Of a stretch of DNA of 55,386 bases, positions 16,629 through 26,312 are shown one piece after another. Position 1 is the stretch's first letter; each line of letters opens with the position of its first letter. This stretch comes from Verrucomicrobiaceae bacterium (GTDB taxonomy: Bacteria > Verrucomicrobiota > Verrucomicrobiia > Verrucomicrobiales > V1-33). The translations under genes and the position numbers were made by a program. The stretch is taken from NCBI GenBank assembly GCA_027486335.1, contig JAIXPK010000178.1, positions 1-55,386 on the forward strand, read 5' to 3'. The notes under the pieces are model-generated. The model saw only the letters and a list, made by a program, of their open reading frames with translations. It was not told the origin of the DNA and ran no database searches.

Positions 16629-18296
16629 ATGAAACCGAATTCATCAATGGGTTGGAAGGCTGCGATTCCACAGTCGTGGGGGACTCGTGTCCTGCTTGTG
16701 GTGGCGGTCGTGGGATTACTTCCATTGCTTGGGGATCTTGCGATGCGATTGTGGGCGAACGAGCCGTACCGGTTTTTTCCATTGGCGTGGGTGTGTGGCT
16801 TGGTGGTGTGGATGGTGCGTTATGGGGCTGAGCTACCGGCGGTGAAGTATCCGAAGGCATTGGTGGGGGTGCTCTTTGGGTTTGCGGCGTTGTTTTTTGC
16901 GTTTGCGGCGTTGCGGTGGTCTCCATGGGCAGGAGGTGTTGGGCTGCTGGCATTCATGGGGGCGGCATCGGTGATTCGCGGGGGGTGGAGAGCCTTGAGG
17001 ACGCTATGGCCCCCGTTGTTATTGATTGCGATTTCGCTGCCACTGCCGCTTGGGGTGGACACGATTTTCATGCTGGAGCTGAAGAAGGTGGCGGTGACGG
17101 TATCGAGCAGCCTGCTTGATTTGATGGGGATTGTGCATGTGAGATCGGGGACGGTGCTGGAGCTACCGGCGACGCAGTTGCTGGTGGAGGATGCGTGTTC
17201 GGGGATTCAGTCGTTCATGGCGGTGGCTGCGTTTGCGGCGTTGATTTTTGTGCTGGAGAAGCGGCCGTGGTGGCATTGGCTGCTGCTGTCGGTGTTTGCG
17301 TCGATGGTGGTGATTGCGGCGAATGTTCTGCGGATCACGATGGGGACGTTTTGTCTGGTCCACTTCAACTGGGATCTGCTGAGCGGGACACCGCACCTTG
17401 CGTTTGGGGCGGTGATTTTTGTGGTGGAGCTGCTGCTGGTGTTGAGTTTTGATCGATTTCTGGCGTTTTTCGAGATTGGGGTGCAGCACAGTGCGAGTGG
17501 AGCGGTGATGGGGTTTCAGAGGCGAGGAGAGGAGAGGGCGGTGGCGGCACCTGTGGTGGTGGGTGGCGAGGGGGTGCTGCCGTTGGCGGGCAAGCGGACG
17601 TTCCTGCTGGTGGCGTGTCTTGCGGTTTTCGGGCTGGCGCTGGGGGCGCGCGGGGTGGTTCATTTTGCGCAGCGAGCGCCTGAGGAGTCGACGGTGAGTT
17701 ACGGGCCGGCGGATTATCCGGAGCTGAAGTTTGAGCTTCCGAAGGTGGTGGGGGGATGGACGCAGGGGGAGAGTGTGCCTGCGGAGCGATCGCTTGAGAC
17801 GATCGGGTTGAGGACGAAGATCTGGATGTTTACGAGTGGGGATCTGAGTGTGTTGATGTCGATTGACTATCCGTTTGACCATTTTCACGATCTTCTGAAC
17901 TGCTACACGACGGCTGGGTGGGCGACGAACATTGCGTCGCCGGTGTCGGCGCTGACGCCTGAGAGGCCGCCGATTGCGTATCTGAATCTGGCGCGGCGCG
18001 GGTTTGACCGGACGGAGGTCTGGTATGCGAACTGTTACGGGAACGGCGAGTGGGCGGGGAAATCCGCGGCGCAGTCCGGGGAGGCGAGGAACGTGTCGTT
18101 CTGGGACCGCGTGCTGCGGAAGACGAAAGTGGAGGCGGAGGAGGGCATTGGGCAGTTGCAGTTCCGGGTGCAACTGTGCTGGACGGGGCTGGCTCCTCTG
18201 CTTGACGCGGATCGAACATCGATTCAGCAGTTGTTCGAGGAGGCTTCGGCGCGTCTGGCGGAGCAGGTGAAAACCCAGTTGAACGAAGCGAAATGA
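16629..18296 (+). CDS. Exosortase (PEP-CTERM transpeptidase) with an EpsI-like C-terminal periplasmic domain
   Basis: Polytopic N-terminal half with the exosortase catalytic pattern: Cys in LLVEDACSGIQS, Arg in ANVLRITMG and a downstream His in GTPHLAFG. An extra ~250 aa follows a further TM segment, as in EpsI partner proteins. Subfamily (Xrt letter) not assignable by eye. Confidence 0.85.
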   Translation: MKPNSSMGWKAAIPQSWGTRVLLVVAVVGLLPLLGDLAMRLWANEPYRFFPLAWVCGLVVWMVRYGAELPAVKYPKALVGVLFGFAALFFAFAALRWSPWAGGVGLLAFMGAASVIRGGWRALRTLWPPLLLIAISLPLPLGVDTIFMLELKKVAVTVSSSLLDLMGIVHVRSGTVLELPATQLLVEDACSGIQSFMAVAAFAALIFVLEKRPWWHWLLLSVFASMVVIAANVLRITMGTFCLVHFNWDLLSGTPHLAFGAVIFVVELLLVLSFDRFLAFFEIGVQHSASGAVMGFQRRGEERAVAAPVVVGGEGVLPLAGKRTFLLVACLAVFGLALGARGVVHFAQRAPEESTVSYGPADYPELKFELPKVVGGWTQGESVPAERSLETIGLRTKIWMFTSGDLSVLMSIDYPFDHFHDLLNCYTTAGWATNIASPVSALTPERPPIAYLNLARRGFDRTEVWYANCYGNGEWAGKSAAQSGEARNVSFWDRVLRKTKVEAEEGIGQLQFRVQLCWTGLAPLLDADRTSIQQLFEEASARLAEQVKTQLNEAK

Positions 18297-19774
18297 GCGT
18301 AAAGAAATCGATGTCGGGGTGGTGGGAGTCGCGCCATATTCCGTGGCTGCTTTGGGGCATACCGGCGCTGCTGAGTCTGCTGATGTTTCTGGCGCTGTAT
18401 ATTTACCGGACGGAGTGGAATCCGCTGACGGTGCATGATCGGTATGCGGCGGTGAAGAAGACGGCGATGGCGCAGGGGGACTACCGGACTGCGCGGATTG
18501 CGTGCGAGCGTGCGCTGGAGATCACGCGGGCGGACGCTTATTTCAAAGCACGGTATCCTGAGCACTTGTTTGATCTGGCGATTTGTCTGATCAATCTGGG
18601 TCGGCCGCTGGATGCGCGGCACCTGATCAATACGGTGGCGCCGTTCGACACGGCGGAGTCAGCGTATTCGTATCCGCCTGCGCACCTTTATATGGCGAAG
18701 TTGAAGTGGCTGGAGACGAAGGAGAGGACGCCCGAGCTGATTGCGCAGGTGGAGCGGCATCTGCTGCGGGCGGCGACGGATGAACCGGACATGGCTGAGG
18801 CGCACCAGATGCTTGGGGAGTTGTATCTGAGCCGGAAGGACTGGGAGAAGGCGAAGCGGCATCTGCTGAAGGCTGCGGATCAGCGGGGTGATGCGTATCT
18901 GCTGCTGGCGCTGGTGAGTCAGGGGACGAACGATCCGGAGGGGATGAGACAGTGGAACGGGCGGGCACAACAGTACTACCAGCAGCGGCTTGGGGCGGCA
19001 CCGAAGGAGGACACGAGGATGCGGATGGGGTTGGCGAGGACGTATCTGCTGGCGGAGGAGTACGAAAAAGCAGCGGACACGTTTCTGGTCGGGTACAAGC
19101 GGAGCGGGGATCCTGTCTATACCGGGGCTATCGGGGCGGTGTATGGGAACTGGGTAGAGGCGCTGAAGAGGAAGAAAGCGCCTGCTGGAGAGGTGCTGAA
19201 GAGGATCAGTCAGGGGCTGACCTTTGACAACCGGAACGAGATTCTGCTGATGGAGCTGGTGCGGTTGTCGAAGCAGAGCGGGGAGGCAGGCGAGGAGGCG
19301 TCGAAGGCTGTGCAGAGCATGCTGGCGGCTGGGTCGTCGAATGGGATGCTGCATTTTGTGCTTGGGGTGGCATCGCTTGAGAAGAACGATGAAGCTGGCG
19401 CGGCGGCGCAGTTTGATCTAGCGTTCAAGGAGTCACCGGAGCTGCCGCAGATTGCGAACAACTTTGCGATGGCGCTGGCGTTCGGGGCGGAGCCGGATCT
19501 GAAGCGGGCGATGACGGTGATCGAGCAACTACTGGTGAGGTATCCGAACCTGCCTGCGGCGCTGGACACGCGTGGGCGGATTCATCTGAAGCTGGGTGAT
19601 TTTTCAGCGGCGGTGGTGGACCTGAACGCGGCGCTGCCGCAACTGCCTGGGTATGAGAGAAGCATTCACACGGCGCTGGCGGAGGCATATGACGGGCTGA
19701 AGCTTTCTGAGCTGGCGAAGCAGCACCGGGAGCTTGCGAAGCCGCAGACGCCAGGGGCGGCGGTGGTGCCGTGA
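18293..19774 (+). CDS. Membrane-anchored TPR-repeat protein (PEP-CTERM system-associated type)
   Basis: ATGA overlap with the exosortase stop. N-terminal TM (WLLWGIPALLSLLMFLALYIY), then repeated TPR-like helical pairs (...AEAHQMLGELYLSRKDWEKAKRHLLKA...). Confidence 0.8.
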   Translation: MSVKKSMSGWWESRHIPWLLWGIPALLSLLMFLALYIYRTEWNPLTVHDRYAAVKKTAMAQGDYRTARIACERALEITRADAYFKARYPEHLFDLAICLINLGRPLDARHLINTVAPFDTAESAYSYPPAHLYMAKLKWLETKERTPELIAQVERHLLRAATDEPDMAEAHQMLGELYLSRKDWEKAKRHLLKAADQRGDAYLLLALVSQGTNDPEGMRQWNGRAQQYYQQRLGAAPKEDTRMRMGLARTYLLAEEYEKAADTFLVGYKRSGDPVYTGAIGAVYGNWVEALKRKKAPAGEVLKRISQGLTFDNRNEILLMELVRLSKQSGEAGEEASKAVQSMLAAGSSNGMLHFVLGVASLEKNDEAGAAAQFDLAFKESPELPQIANNFAMALAFGAEPDLKRAMTVIEQLLVRYPNLPAALDTRGRIHLKLGDFSAAVVDLNAALPQLPGYERSIHTALAEAYDGLKLSELAKQHRELAKPQTPGAAVVP

Positions 19775-19926
19775 GGAATTGAGAGATGAGGTGGGGAGCG
19801 GTGGGATGGGGGATGAGGACGGGGCCGGAAGGAAGGTGCTGGGAGTGAGGGGCCTTGGCGGTGGCGTGTCTGGTTTGCCCAATTTCTGCTTTCCTTTTTG
19901 GCACATTGAATTAACGGAGCGGGAGT

Positions 19927-20517
19927 ATGGATTTTCGAAACTGGTTCTTGGCTGTTGGTTTACTGACGGTGATTGGCGCTGGATCTATTGCCGCGCAGGA
20001 GGGAGTGGGGACGGAGCCTGCGGTGCGAGCGGTGGAGGAGTATCGGATGAGCCCAGGGGATGTGGTTGCGGTGCAGGTTTTTGAGGAGCCGGAGCTTGAG
20101 GTGGGGAAGGTACGGCTTTCTGAGAACGGGAAGGCGACATTGCCGCTGATTGGGGAGGTGGCGTTGTCCGGGCTTGGGGTGAAGGCGGCTGCGGGGGTGA
20201 TTGAGGCGGCGTACCGGAAGGGGTATCTGGTTAAGCCAGCGGTGACGGTGACGGTGCTGGAGAAGAAGCGCGAGCGTTTCAATCTGATTGGGCAGGTGGC
20301 GAAGCCGAATGCCTATTATTTTCCTGAGTCGGGTACTCTGACGCTGCTGGATGCGATTGGGCTTGCGGGAGGGTTCACGCGGATGGCGAATCAGAAGGTA
20401 ATCGTCACGCGGAGTTCTGGTGCGGTGGTGAAGATTGACGCGTCGAACCGGAATGAGGCGCTGAAGTTCCGGCTGCTGCCTGGGGATACGGTGGACTGCC
20501 GGGAGCGTGGTTTTTGA
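19927..20517 (+). CDS. Polysaccharide export protein (Wza/EpsE-like, Poly_export + SLBB)
   Basis: Signal peptide, then YRMSPGDVVAVQVFEEPEL...ENGKATLPLIGEVALSGL...A...IE.AY and ...FNLIGQVAKPNAYYFPESGTLTLLDAIGLAGG. Confidence 0.85.
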   Translation: MDFRNWFLAVGLLTVIGAGSIAAQEGVGTEPAVRAVEEYRMSPGDVVAVQVFEEPELEVGKVRLSENGKATLPLIGEVALSGLGVKAAAGVIEAAYRKGYLVKPAVTVTVLEKKRERFNLIGQVAKPNAYYFPESGTLTLLDAIGLAGGFTRMANQKVIVTRSSGAVVKIDASNRNEALKFRLLPGDTVDCRERGF

Positions 20518-20579
20518 GGTTTGAAGAGGAACTGTCCGTGAGGATTGAAATTTACGTCTGCGCTACATTGTGACTGCCT

Positions 20580-22691
20580 ATGTTTGACAAGAACCGACTC
20601 AGCCTACTGCTCTTCCGATTCTGGTGGATCATTCTATTGAGTGTGATTGTAGCGATGCTAGGGTCGTTTGCGTGGGCACAGCGGCAGCTGCCGGTGTACA
20701 CGACAAAGGCGGTGGTGGAGGTGGCGCAGCAGGAAGAGCGGATTGTGAATGTTCAGTCTGTGAAGTCGGAGAATCCCGGTGGGATGGATTACATTCTGAC
20801 GGTGGCAGAGTCGTTGAAGGCTGACGCGGTGCTGCTGGGAGCGGCGAAGAATTCTGATCTTTACGAGGAACTGAGGCGAACTGGGATGGCGGATGCGGCG
20901 ATTGTGAAGCTGCTGGCGACGAAGGTTGTGACGATCTGGAGGAAGGGGACGAGGCTGATTGATGTGGTGGCGACGGACGTTGATCCTGCGCGTGCGGCGA
21001 AGCTTTCGAATTCTGTGGTGGAGCAGTATCTGGCGCTGGCGACGTTGAATCGGAGCACGATCAGCGGTGAGGCGACTGAATACCTGAAGGAGCAGGCGAA
21101 GCGGATTGACGAGGAGCTGGCGACGGCGCACAAGGAAGTGGCGGAGTTCCGGGTGAAGCACAAGAATCTGCCTCTTGACGAGAAGGCGGGCACATCGGTT
21201 GAGCGTGCGACGGAGTTGGGGACGAGGCTGCTGGATGCGAAGTCTCTGCAGGCGAGTCTTGTGGCGGACCTTGAGCGAGCGCGGGCGATTCCGCCGGATG
21301 ATTATGATGCGATGCTCAAGATTTCGTCATTGGCGGCGATTCCGGCGGTGGCGACGGCGAGGGGGGTGCTGGATACGCGGGTGGAGGAGTTTGAGATTTT
21401 GAAGCGGCGGTATCTGGAGCTGCATCCGAAGTACATCCGTGCGAAGGAGAACATTGAGTTGGCTCAGGGGGCGTTGCGCCGATTGCTTGGGGATGCATCG
21501 CCACTGCTGGAGGAGCGGGCGGGGCAGGCTGCCGCGATGGTGAAGAATCTGGAGGCCACGGTGGCGGCGATGAGCCAGGATAGTTCGAGCCTGAATGCGA
21601 TTCTGGTGCCTTATCAGGAACTCAAGCAGAAAGTGGAGACGCTGCAGAAGCGGTATGATGAGATCACGGGGCGGATTGCGGACATTGGCATGAAGGAGAA
21701 GCGGGCCGACCGGGTGCCGGTGTATCTTTCTGCGGCAGCGATGGTGCCGTCTGTGCCGGACCGTGTGAGTACGCCTGCGCTGCTGCTACGTTCTGCGATT
21801 GGTGGGATTCTGCTTGGGCTTGGGATTATCTTTCTGATTGACCGGCTGGATCAGACCTATCAATCGGTTGAGCATGTGGAGGCGGACATGGGAGTTCCTG
21901 TGCTGTCGACGATTCCTGATGACTCACTGGAGAAGCGTCGGCTGGGGGGATTGCCGCTGGTATCTGACCGGCAGAGTATTCAGGCGGAGGCGTTCCGGAC
22001 CTTGCGGGCGACGTTGAGCCTGCTGGGGAGCGAGGAGGCGAGGCGGGTTTTTCTGATTACATCGGCGGTACCTGGAGAAGGAAAGAGCCGGACGTCCGGG
22101 AATCTGGCGGTGGCGTTTGCGCAGCGAGGGTTGAAGACTTTGCTGATTGATGCTGACCTACGGCGTCCGGCGCAGCAGAATCTGTTTGGCAGTGAGTTGC
22201 GACTGTCGCCGGAGGCGGTGGAGATGAATGCGGGAGCTGACGGCAGCGCGAAGGCCGGGAGGATGATTGGGCTGTCAGACCTGTTGAGCGGGAATGTTTC
22301 GATGGAGCTGGCGACGCTGGGCACATCGGTGGACAATCTGAAGATTATTCTTGCCGGGGGGCGGTCGCCGCAGCCTGCTGACTTGCTGGCGCAGACGCGA
22401 TTCACCGAGATGCTCGAGCGTGCGAAGGGGCTGTATGACCGGATCATCATTGACACCCCGCCGGTGAATTCGGTGGCGGACGCCCTGGTGATGGCTCCGC
22501 ATGCGAATGCGGTTTGTCTCGTGGTGCATTCCGGGAGTACGAGTCGGCGATCGGTGCAGCGAGCCATTGAGAGTCTGAAGAGGGCGAAGGGGAATACGGT
22601 GGGGATTATTCTGAACCGGCAGAGGGGTGGGGTGTACGGGTATTACTACAATTACCGGTATGATCCGTACGTGAAGGGATCGAAGGCCTGA
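20580..22691 (+). CDS. Polysaccharide co-polymerase / BY-tyrosine kinase (Wzc/GumC-like)
   Basis: N-terminal TM, Wzz-like coiled-coil periplasmic region and a second TM. Then P-loop SAVPGEGKSRTSGN, Walker B RIIIDTPPV and a Tyr-rich tail GGVYGYYYNYRYDPY. Confidence 0.9.
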   Translation: MFDKNRLSLLLFRFWWIILLSVIVAMLGSFAWAQRQLPVYTTKAVVEVAQQEERIVNVQSVKSENPGGMDYILTVAESLKADAVLLGAAKNSDLYEELRRTGMADAAIVKLLATKVVTIWRKGTRLIDVVATDVDPARAAKLSNSVVEQYLALATLNRSTISGEATEYLKEQAKRIDEELATAHKEVAEFRVKHKNLPLDEKAGTSVERATELGTRLLDAKSLQASLVADLERARAIPPDDYDAMLKISSLAAIPAVATARGVLDTRVEEFEILKRRYLELHPKYIRAKENIELAQGALRRLLGDASPLLEERAGQAAAMVKNLEATVAAMSQDSSSLNAILVPYQELKQKVETLQKRYDEITGRIADIGMKEKRADRVPVYLSAAAMVPSVPDRVSTPALLLRSAIGGILLGLGIIFLIDRLDQTYQSVEHVEADMGVPVLSTIPDDSLEKRRLGGLPLVSDRQSIQAEAFRTLRATLSLLGSEEARRVFLITSAVPGEGKSRTSGNLAVAFAQRGLKTLLIDADLRRPAQQNLFGSELRLSPEAVEMNAGADGSAKAGRMIGLSDLLSGNVSMELATLGTSVDNLKIILAGGRSPQPADLLAQTRFTEMLERAKGLYDRIIIDTPPVNSVADALVMAPHANAVCLVVHSGSTSRRSVQRAIESLKRAKGNTVGIILNRQRGGVYGYYYNYRYDPYVKGSKA

Positions 22692-22901
22692 GTGCGGGCC
22701 GACGGGGATGGCTGGAGTGGGTGGTGGGGGGTGATGAGGGGCTGGGCGTGAATATTGAGAGGAGGTGCAAATTCAGGTGGCGATTGTCACGGAAAGTGCC
22801 TACAATCAAGGAGTGGCTCTGATTCGCGTGAATGATCGGCGGAGCTTATCAACCGATGTCAATCAACTGGATTATACTCCTTGGATTCCACTTCTAAGCC
22901 A

Positions 22902-24305
22902 ATGAGGCCGACAGCCATAGATCTTCAAGCTGAAGGGGTTGATCGAGCTGTGATTCCCGAGGCTTTTGTGAAGAGCGGGATGAGGAGCGATGGATTCCGG
23001 GCATTTTTGCTGGTGGTGGCGGACTGTGTATTTGCGTTGGCTATTTTTCATACGGCGGCGGATCTGTGGGTATCGACGCGGATGGTGCCGTTGCTTGTGG
23101 TGGTGCCGGTGGTGATAACAATGTTGTGTTCGGGGCTTGCGGGAGCGTACCGGCAGCGGGAGGATTTTCTATCGCTGCGGTTTGCGGTGGAGCATTTTCT
23201 GGGGCAAGCGGCGGCGGCGTTCATTTCGACTGCTGTGGTGAGCCTGCTGCTGACGTATGGGTCGCCGTCGCAGCCGAGCCGGGGGTTGATGCTGACGTGG
23301 CCGTTTCTGTATTTTGTTCCGTCGCTGATCTTCCGCCGGGCGGTGGCTGGCCGGGAGCGGCGGATGCGCGGCACGCCGGTGATTGCGGTGATTGGGAACG
23401 AGGATGATCTTGGGCGGTTGCGTGCGGAGCTGCACCAGCAGGACTGGCACGGGCGGTCGCGTTGTTTTGGTCCGGACTGTTTTCTGAGTCCTGAGTCGGC
23501 GGCGGAGGCGATTGGGCCGCATGGTGGGAGGCTCTCAGCTGTGGTGCTGGGGCCGGGGCTGACGAGGCTGACGAGTGCGCACTTCACGGCGCTGATGGGG
23601 ACACATCTGGGGTGGGCTCCGGTGTACACGTGGGAGGGATTTTTTGAGAATCACCTGAAGAAAGTGAGTCTGGATTCATTGACGGCGGACTGGATATTTC
23701 AGGGTAGTTTCCGGATGGGTTCGCAATCGGTGCATCAGACGATGAAGCGCGCATTTGATCTTGTGTCGGTGCTGGTGCTTGGGGTGGTGACGCTGCCGCT
23801 GATGCTGGTGATTGCTGTTTTTGTGCGGTGCAGTTCGCCTGGGCCGGTATTGTTTTTCCAGCATCGGCGGGGGAGGTACGGGAGGACATTCAACCTTGTG
23901 AAATTCCGGACGATGACGATGGGGAATCAAGGGGGTACGACGGAGAGTAACGACAAGAGGATCATCAAGGGCGGGGCGTTTCTGAGGAAGTACCGGCTCG
24001 ATGAGTTGCCGCAGTTGTGGAATATTCTGACGGGAGACATGAGTCTGATTGGGCCGAGACCGGAGTGGATCCGATGTGCGGACGAGTATTCGGAGCTGAT
24101 TCCGTTTTATGATTTGCGGCATCTGGTGAGGCCTGGGCTGACAGGGTGGGCGCAGGTGAACTATCCGTATGGGCAGGATGTGAATGATGCGCGGGCGAAG
24201 CTTTCGTATGATTTGTTTTACATTCGGAATTGTTCTTTGATTCTGGATTTTGTGACGGTGGTGAAGACTGGGTATGTGATGTTGTTCGGGCGCGGGGGAC
24301 GGTGA
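22902..24305 (+). CDS. Priming undecaprenyl-phosphate sugar-phosphate transferase (WbaP/EpsB-type)
   Basis: N-terminal TM bundle plus a C-terminal bacterial sugar transferase domain (KRAFDLVSVLVLG..., FNLVKFRTM, DELPQLWNILTGDMSLIGPRPE, GLTGWAQV). ATG 22902 preferred over TTG 22881. Confidence 0.9.
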   Translation: MRPTAIDLQAEGVDRAVIPEAFVKSGMRSDGFRAFLLVVADCVFALAIFHTAADLWVSTRMVPLLVVVPVVITMLCSGLAGAYRQREDFLSLRFAVEHFLGQAAAAFISTAVVSLLLTYGSPSQPSRGLMLTWPFLYFVPSLIFRRAVAGRERRMRGTPVIAVIGNEDDLGRLRAELHQQDWHGRSRCFGPDCFLSPESAAEAIGPHGGRLSAVVLGPGLTRLTSAHFTALMGTHLGWAPVYTWEGFFENHLKKVSLDSLTADWIFQGSFRMGSQSVHQTMKRAFDLVSVLVLGVVTLPLMLVIAVFVRCSSPGPVLFFQHRRGRYGRTFNLVKFRTMTMGNQGGTTESNDKRIIKGGAFLRKYRLDELPQLWNILTGDMSLIGPRPEWIRCADEYSELIPFYDLRHLVRPGLTGWAQVNYPYGQDVNDARAKLSYDLFYIRNCSLILDFVTVVKTGYVMLFGRGGR

Positions 24306-24816
24306 GATTGGCGGGTGTGGCCTTGACGCAGGGAAGCGGGTTGGGAGGTGATCGCGAGAGAGTCGGTGATGCGGTGAAGACTTCCTTGTTTTCTGGAGGT
24401 TATGGATGCGGCAGGGGTTAAATCTGGTTCACAATCCGGCAAACTAAACGATAGGAAGAGGGTTCCACTTGTGTGCGGGAGGGGATGGGAATACTAAGGG
24501 TGGAGGTTGAGTGTTGTGATGAGAAGCGCGACCCGATTTCGACATGCGTGACCAAAACTACCAATGAAGAATGGTTTAGGAGTATGACTGATGGCGCTGA
24601 TGGAACCGGCATCATGGGGGCGGTGTTTTCTGAGGGGGGCTGGTATGGTGGTGTGTTGGTGGGGGCGGGAGGATTGATGAATGGATGGCGGGTTGGTTTG
24701 GCGCGAATCCTGCGACTGGCTTGTTTTCAGGACGGTCAGGGATGGGCACGGTCTGCGGCTCCTGCGTTCACTGGATGGCCGGTTTGGGTTTCTGGAATTC
24801 ATTTTATTGTGTAGAC

Positions 24817-26301
24817 ATGCGGACGGGTTCTCACAGCAGCATACTGAAGGCGACAGCGTGGACGGGATCGTCGCAGGTGGCGGTTCTTGTGATGGGATTG
24901 ATGCGGAGCAAGCTGACGGCTGTGCTGCTGGGTCCTGGGGGTGTGGGGCTGACGGGGACGTATCTGACGATTGCTGGGTTCATTGGGGGGATTGCGGAGC
25001 TGGGGATTCCGCCGAGCGGGGTGCGTGCGGTGGCGGAGGCATGTGCGACGGGTGATGAGGGGAAGGTGCGGCGGATGGCAGCGGCGCTGAGGGCGGCGAT
25101 GCTGGCGACTGGGGTGGTGGGGATGGTGGTGGCGCTGGTGCTGGCGTATCCGGTGTCTGTGATGACTTTTGGGAGCGGGGAGCGATGGGTGGACCTTGCG
25201 CTGCTTTCGGTGACGGTGCTGCTGGCGAATTATGCGTCCGGGCAGCGGGCGTTTCTGCAGGGGATGCAGCGGGTGAGGGAGGTGGCGCAGTGTCAGGTGG
25301 TGAGCACGTTTGCGGGGCTGATGGTGGGAGGCGTGTTGCTGTGGGTGTTCGGGGAGCGGGGGATTGTGGCGGCGCTGGTGGCGAATGGGGTGGCGGCGGT
25401 GGTGGTGTTCGGGCGGGAGACGAGGCGAGGAGGAGGGAGTGTGGAGGAAGGGGCCTCATGGCGTGAAGCGCTGAGGGACTCGAAGGGATTGCTGGCGCTG
25501 GGGGCGGCGTTTTTGTTTCAGAATCTGGTGCTTGGGGTGGGAGGGTACTGGTCGCGGGTACTGATCATGGGGCATGGTGGGCTTGATGCGCTGGGTTTGT
25601 ACACGGCGGCGTGGACATTGTCTGGGTATGCGGTGCAGGTGATTCTGGCGGCGATGGGGTCGGATTTTTACCCGCGGCTGACGGCTGTGGCTGGGGAGTC
25701 TGAGGCGATGAACCGGCTGGTGAACGAGCAGATTGAGATGGGGGTGCTACTGGCGACGCCTGCGTTGTGCGGGATGCTGACGCTGGCACCGTTGGTGCTT
25801 GGATTGGTTTTTTCGCGGGATTTTTCCGGGGCGGTGCCGCTGGTGCAGCTGATGTCGTTCGGGGCATCGTTCCGGGTGGTGGCGTGGCCGATTGGTTATA
25901 TCATGCTGGCGCGGAGCCGGAAGGGGATGTTCATGGCGTCGGAGGCGTTCGGGGCGGTATGCGGGCTGGTGCTGCTGGCGGCGGGACTGGGGTGGTGGGG
26001 ATTGAACGGTGCTGGGGTGGCGGCCGCGGTGTCGGCGTTTCTGTTCGGGGTTTTTGTATGGGGATGCGCGCGAGTGGTGACGTCGTTCCGGTTCAGTCGA
26101 CGGAGTCTTCTGATTGTGATTGGTCACTGGTTGCTGCTGGGGGTGGGTTATGGGGTGACGCGGGTGGTTTCCGGGGTGCCGGGGATGGTGGCAGGGGTGG
26201 CGCTGACGACGGCTGCGGTGGCTGGGTCTCTTTACGGGTTGAACCGGATGGTTGGATTCAACGCATGGCGCGCCCTGACGGGGAGGTGGCGCCGCAGCTG
26301 A
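24817..26301 (+). CDS. MOP-superfamily polysaccharide flippase (Wzx-like) 1
   Basis: ATG 24817 inside ORF 24685. About 12-14 TM helices with the N-terminal pattern ...AVLVMGLMRSKLTAVLLGPGGVGL... typical of PST/Wzx translocases. Confidence 0.8.
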   Translation: MRTGSHSSILKATAWTGSSQVAVLVMGLMRSKLTAVLLGPGGVGLTGTYLTIAGFIGGIAELGIPPSGVRAVAEACATGDEGKVRRMAAALRAAMLATGVVGMVVALVLAYPVSVMTFGSGERWVDLALLSVTVLLANYASGQRAFLQGMQRVREVAQCQVVSTFAGLMVGGVLLWVFGERGIVAALVANGVAAVVVFGRETRRGGGSVEEGASWREALRDSKGLLALGAAFLFQNLVLGVGGYWSRVLIMGHGGLDALGLYTAAWTLSGYAVQVILAAMGSDFYPRLTAVAGESEAMNRLVNEQIEMGVLLATPALCGMLTLAPLVLGLVFSRDFSGAVPLVQLMSFGASFRVVAWPIGYIMLARSRKGMFMASEAFGAVCGLVLLAAGLGWWGLNGAGVAAAVSAFLFGVFVWGCARVVTSFRFSRRSLLIVIGHWLLLGVGYGVTRVVSGVPGMVAGVALTTAAVAGSLYGLNRMVGFNAWRALTGRWRRS

Positions 26302-26312
26302 AACATGTCGCT

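Noticed and set aside
19899-19915. TGGCAC-N5 motif resembling a sigma54 -24 element upstream of the Wza-like gene
   Set aside because: The -12 position reads ATTAA instead of TTGC(A/T), so the required GC dinucleotide is missing.
24420-24480. GGCAAAC-containing stretch considered as a c-di-GMP (GEMM-I) riboswitch upstream of EPS genes
   Set aside because: The other conserved GEMM-I segments, such as the ACGCAAAGCC-like tract and the paired helices, are not present.
24473-24814. 113-aa plus-strand ORF in the long spacer before flippase 1
   Set aside because: No signal, TM or domain features, and a composition unlike neighbouring plus-strand genes. It ends 2 nt before the flippase ATG (24817), in a different reading frame, and looks like non-coding leader.
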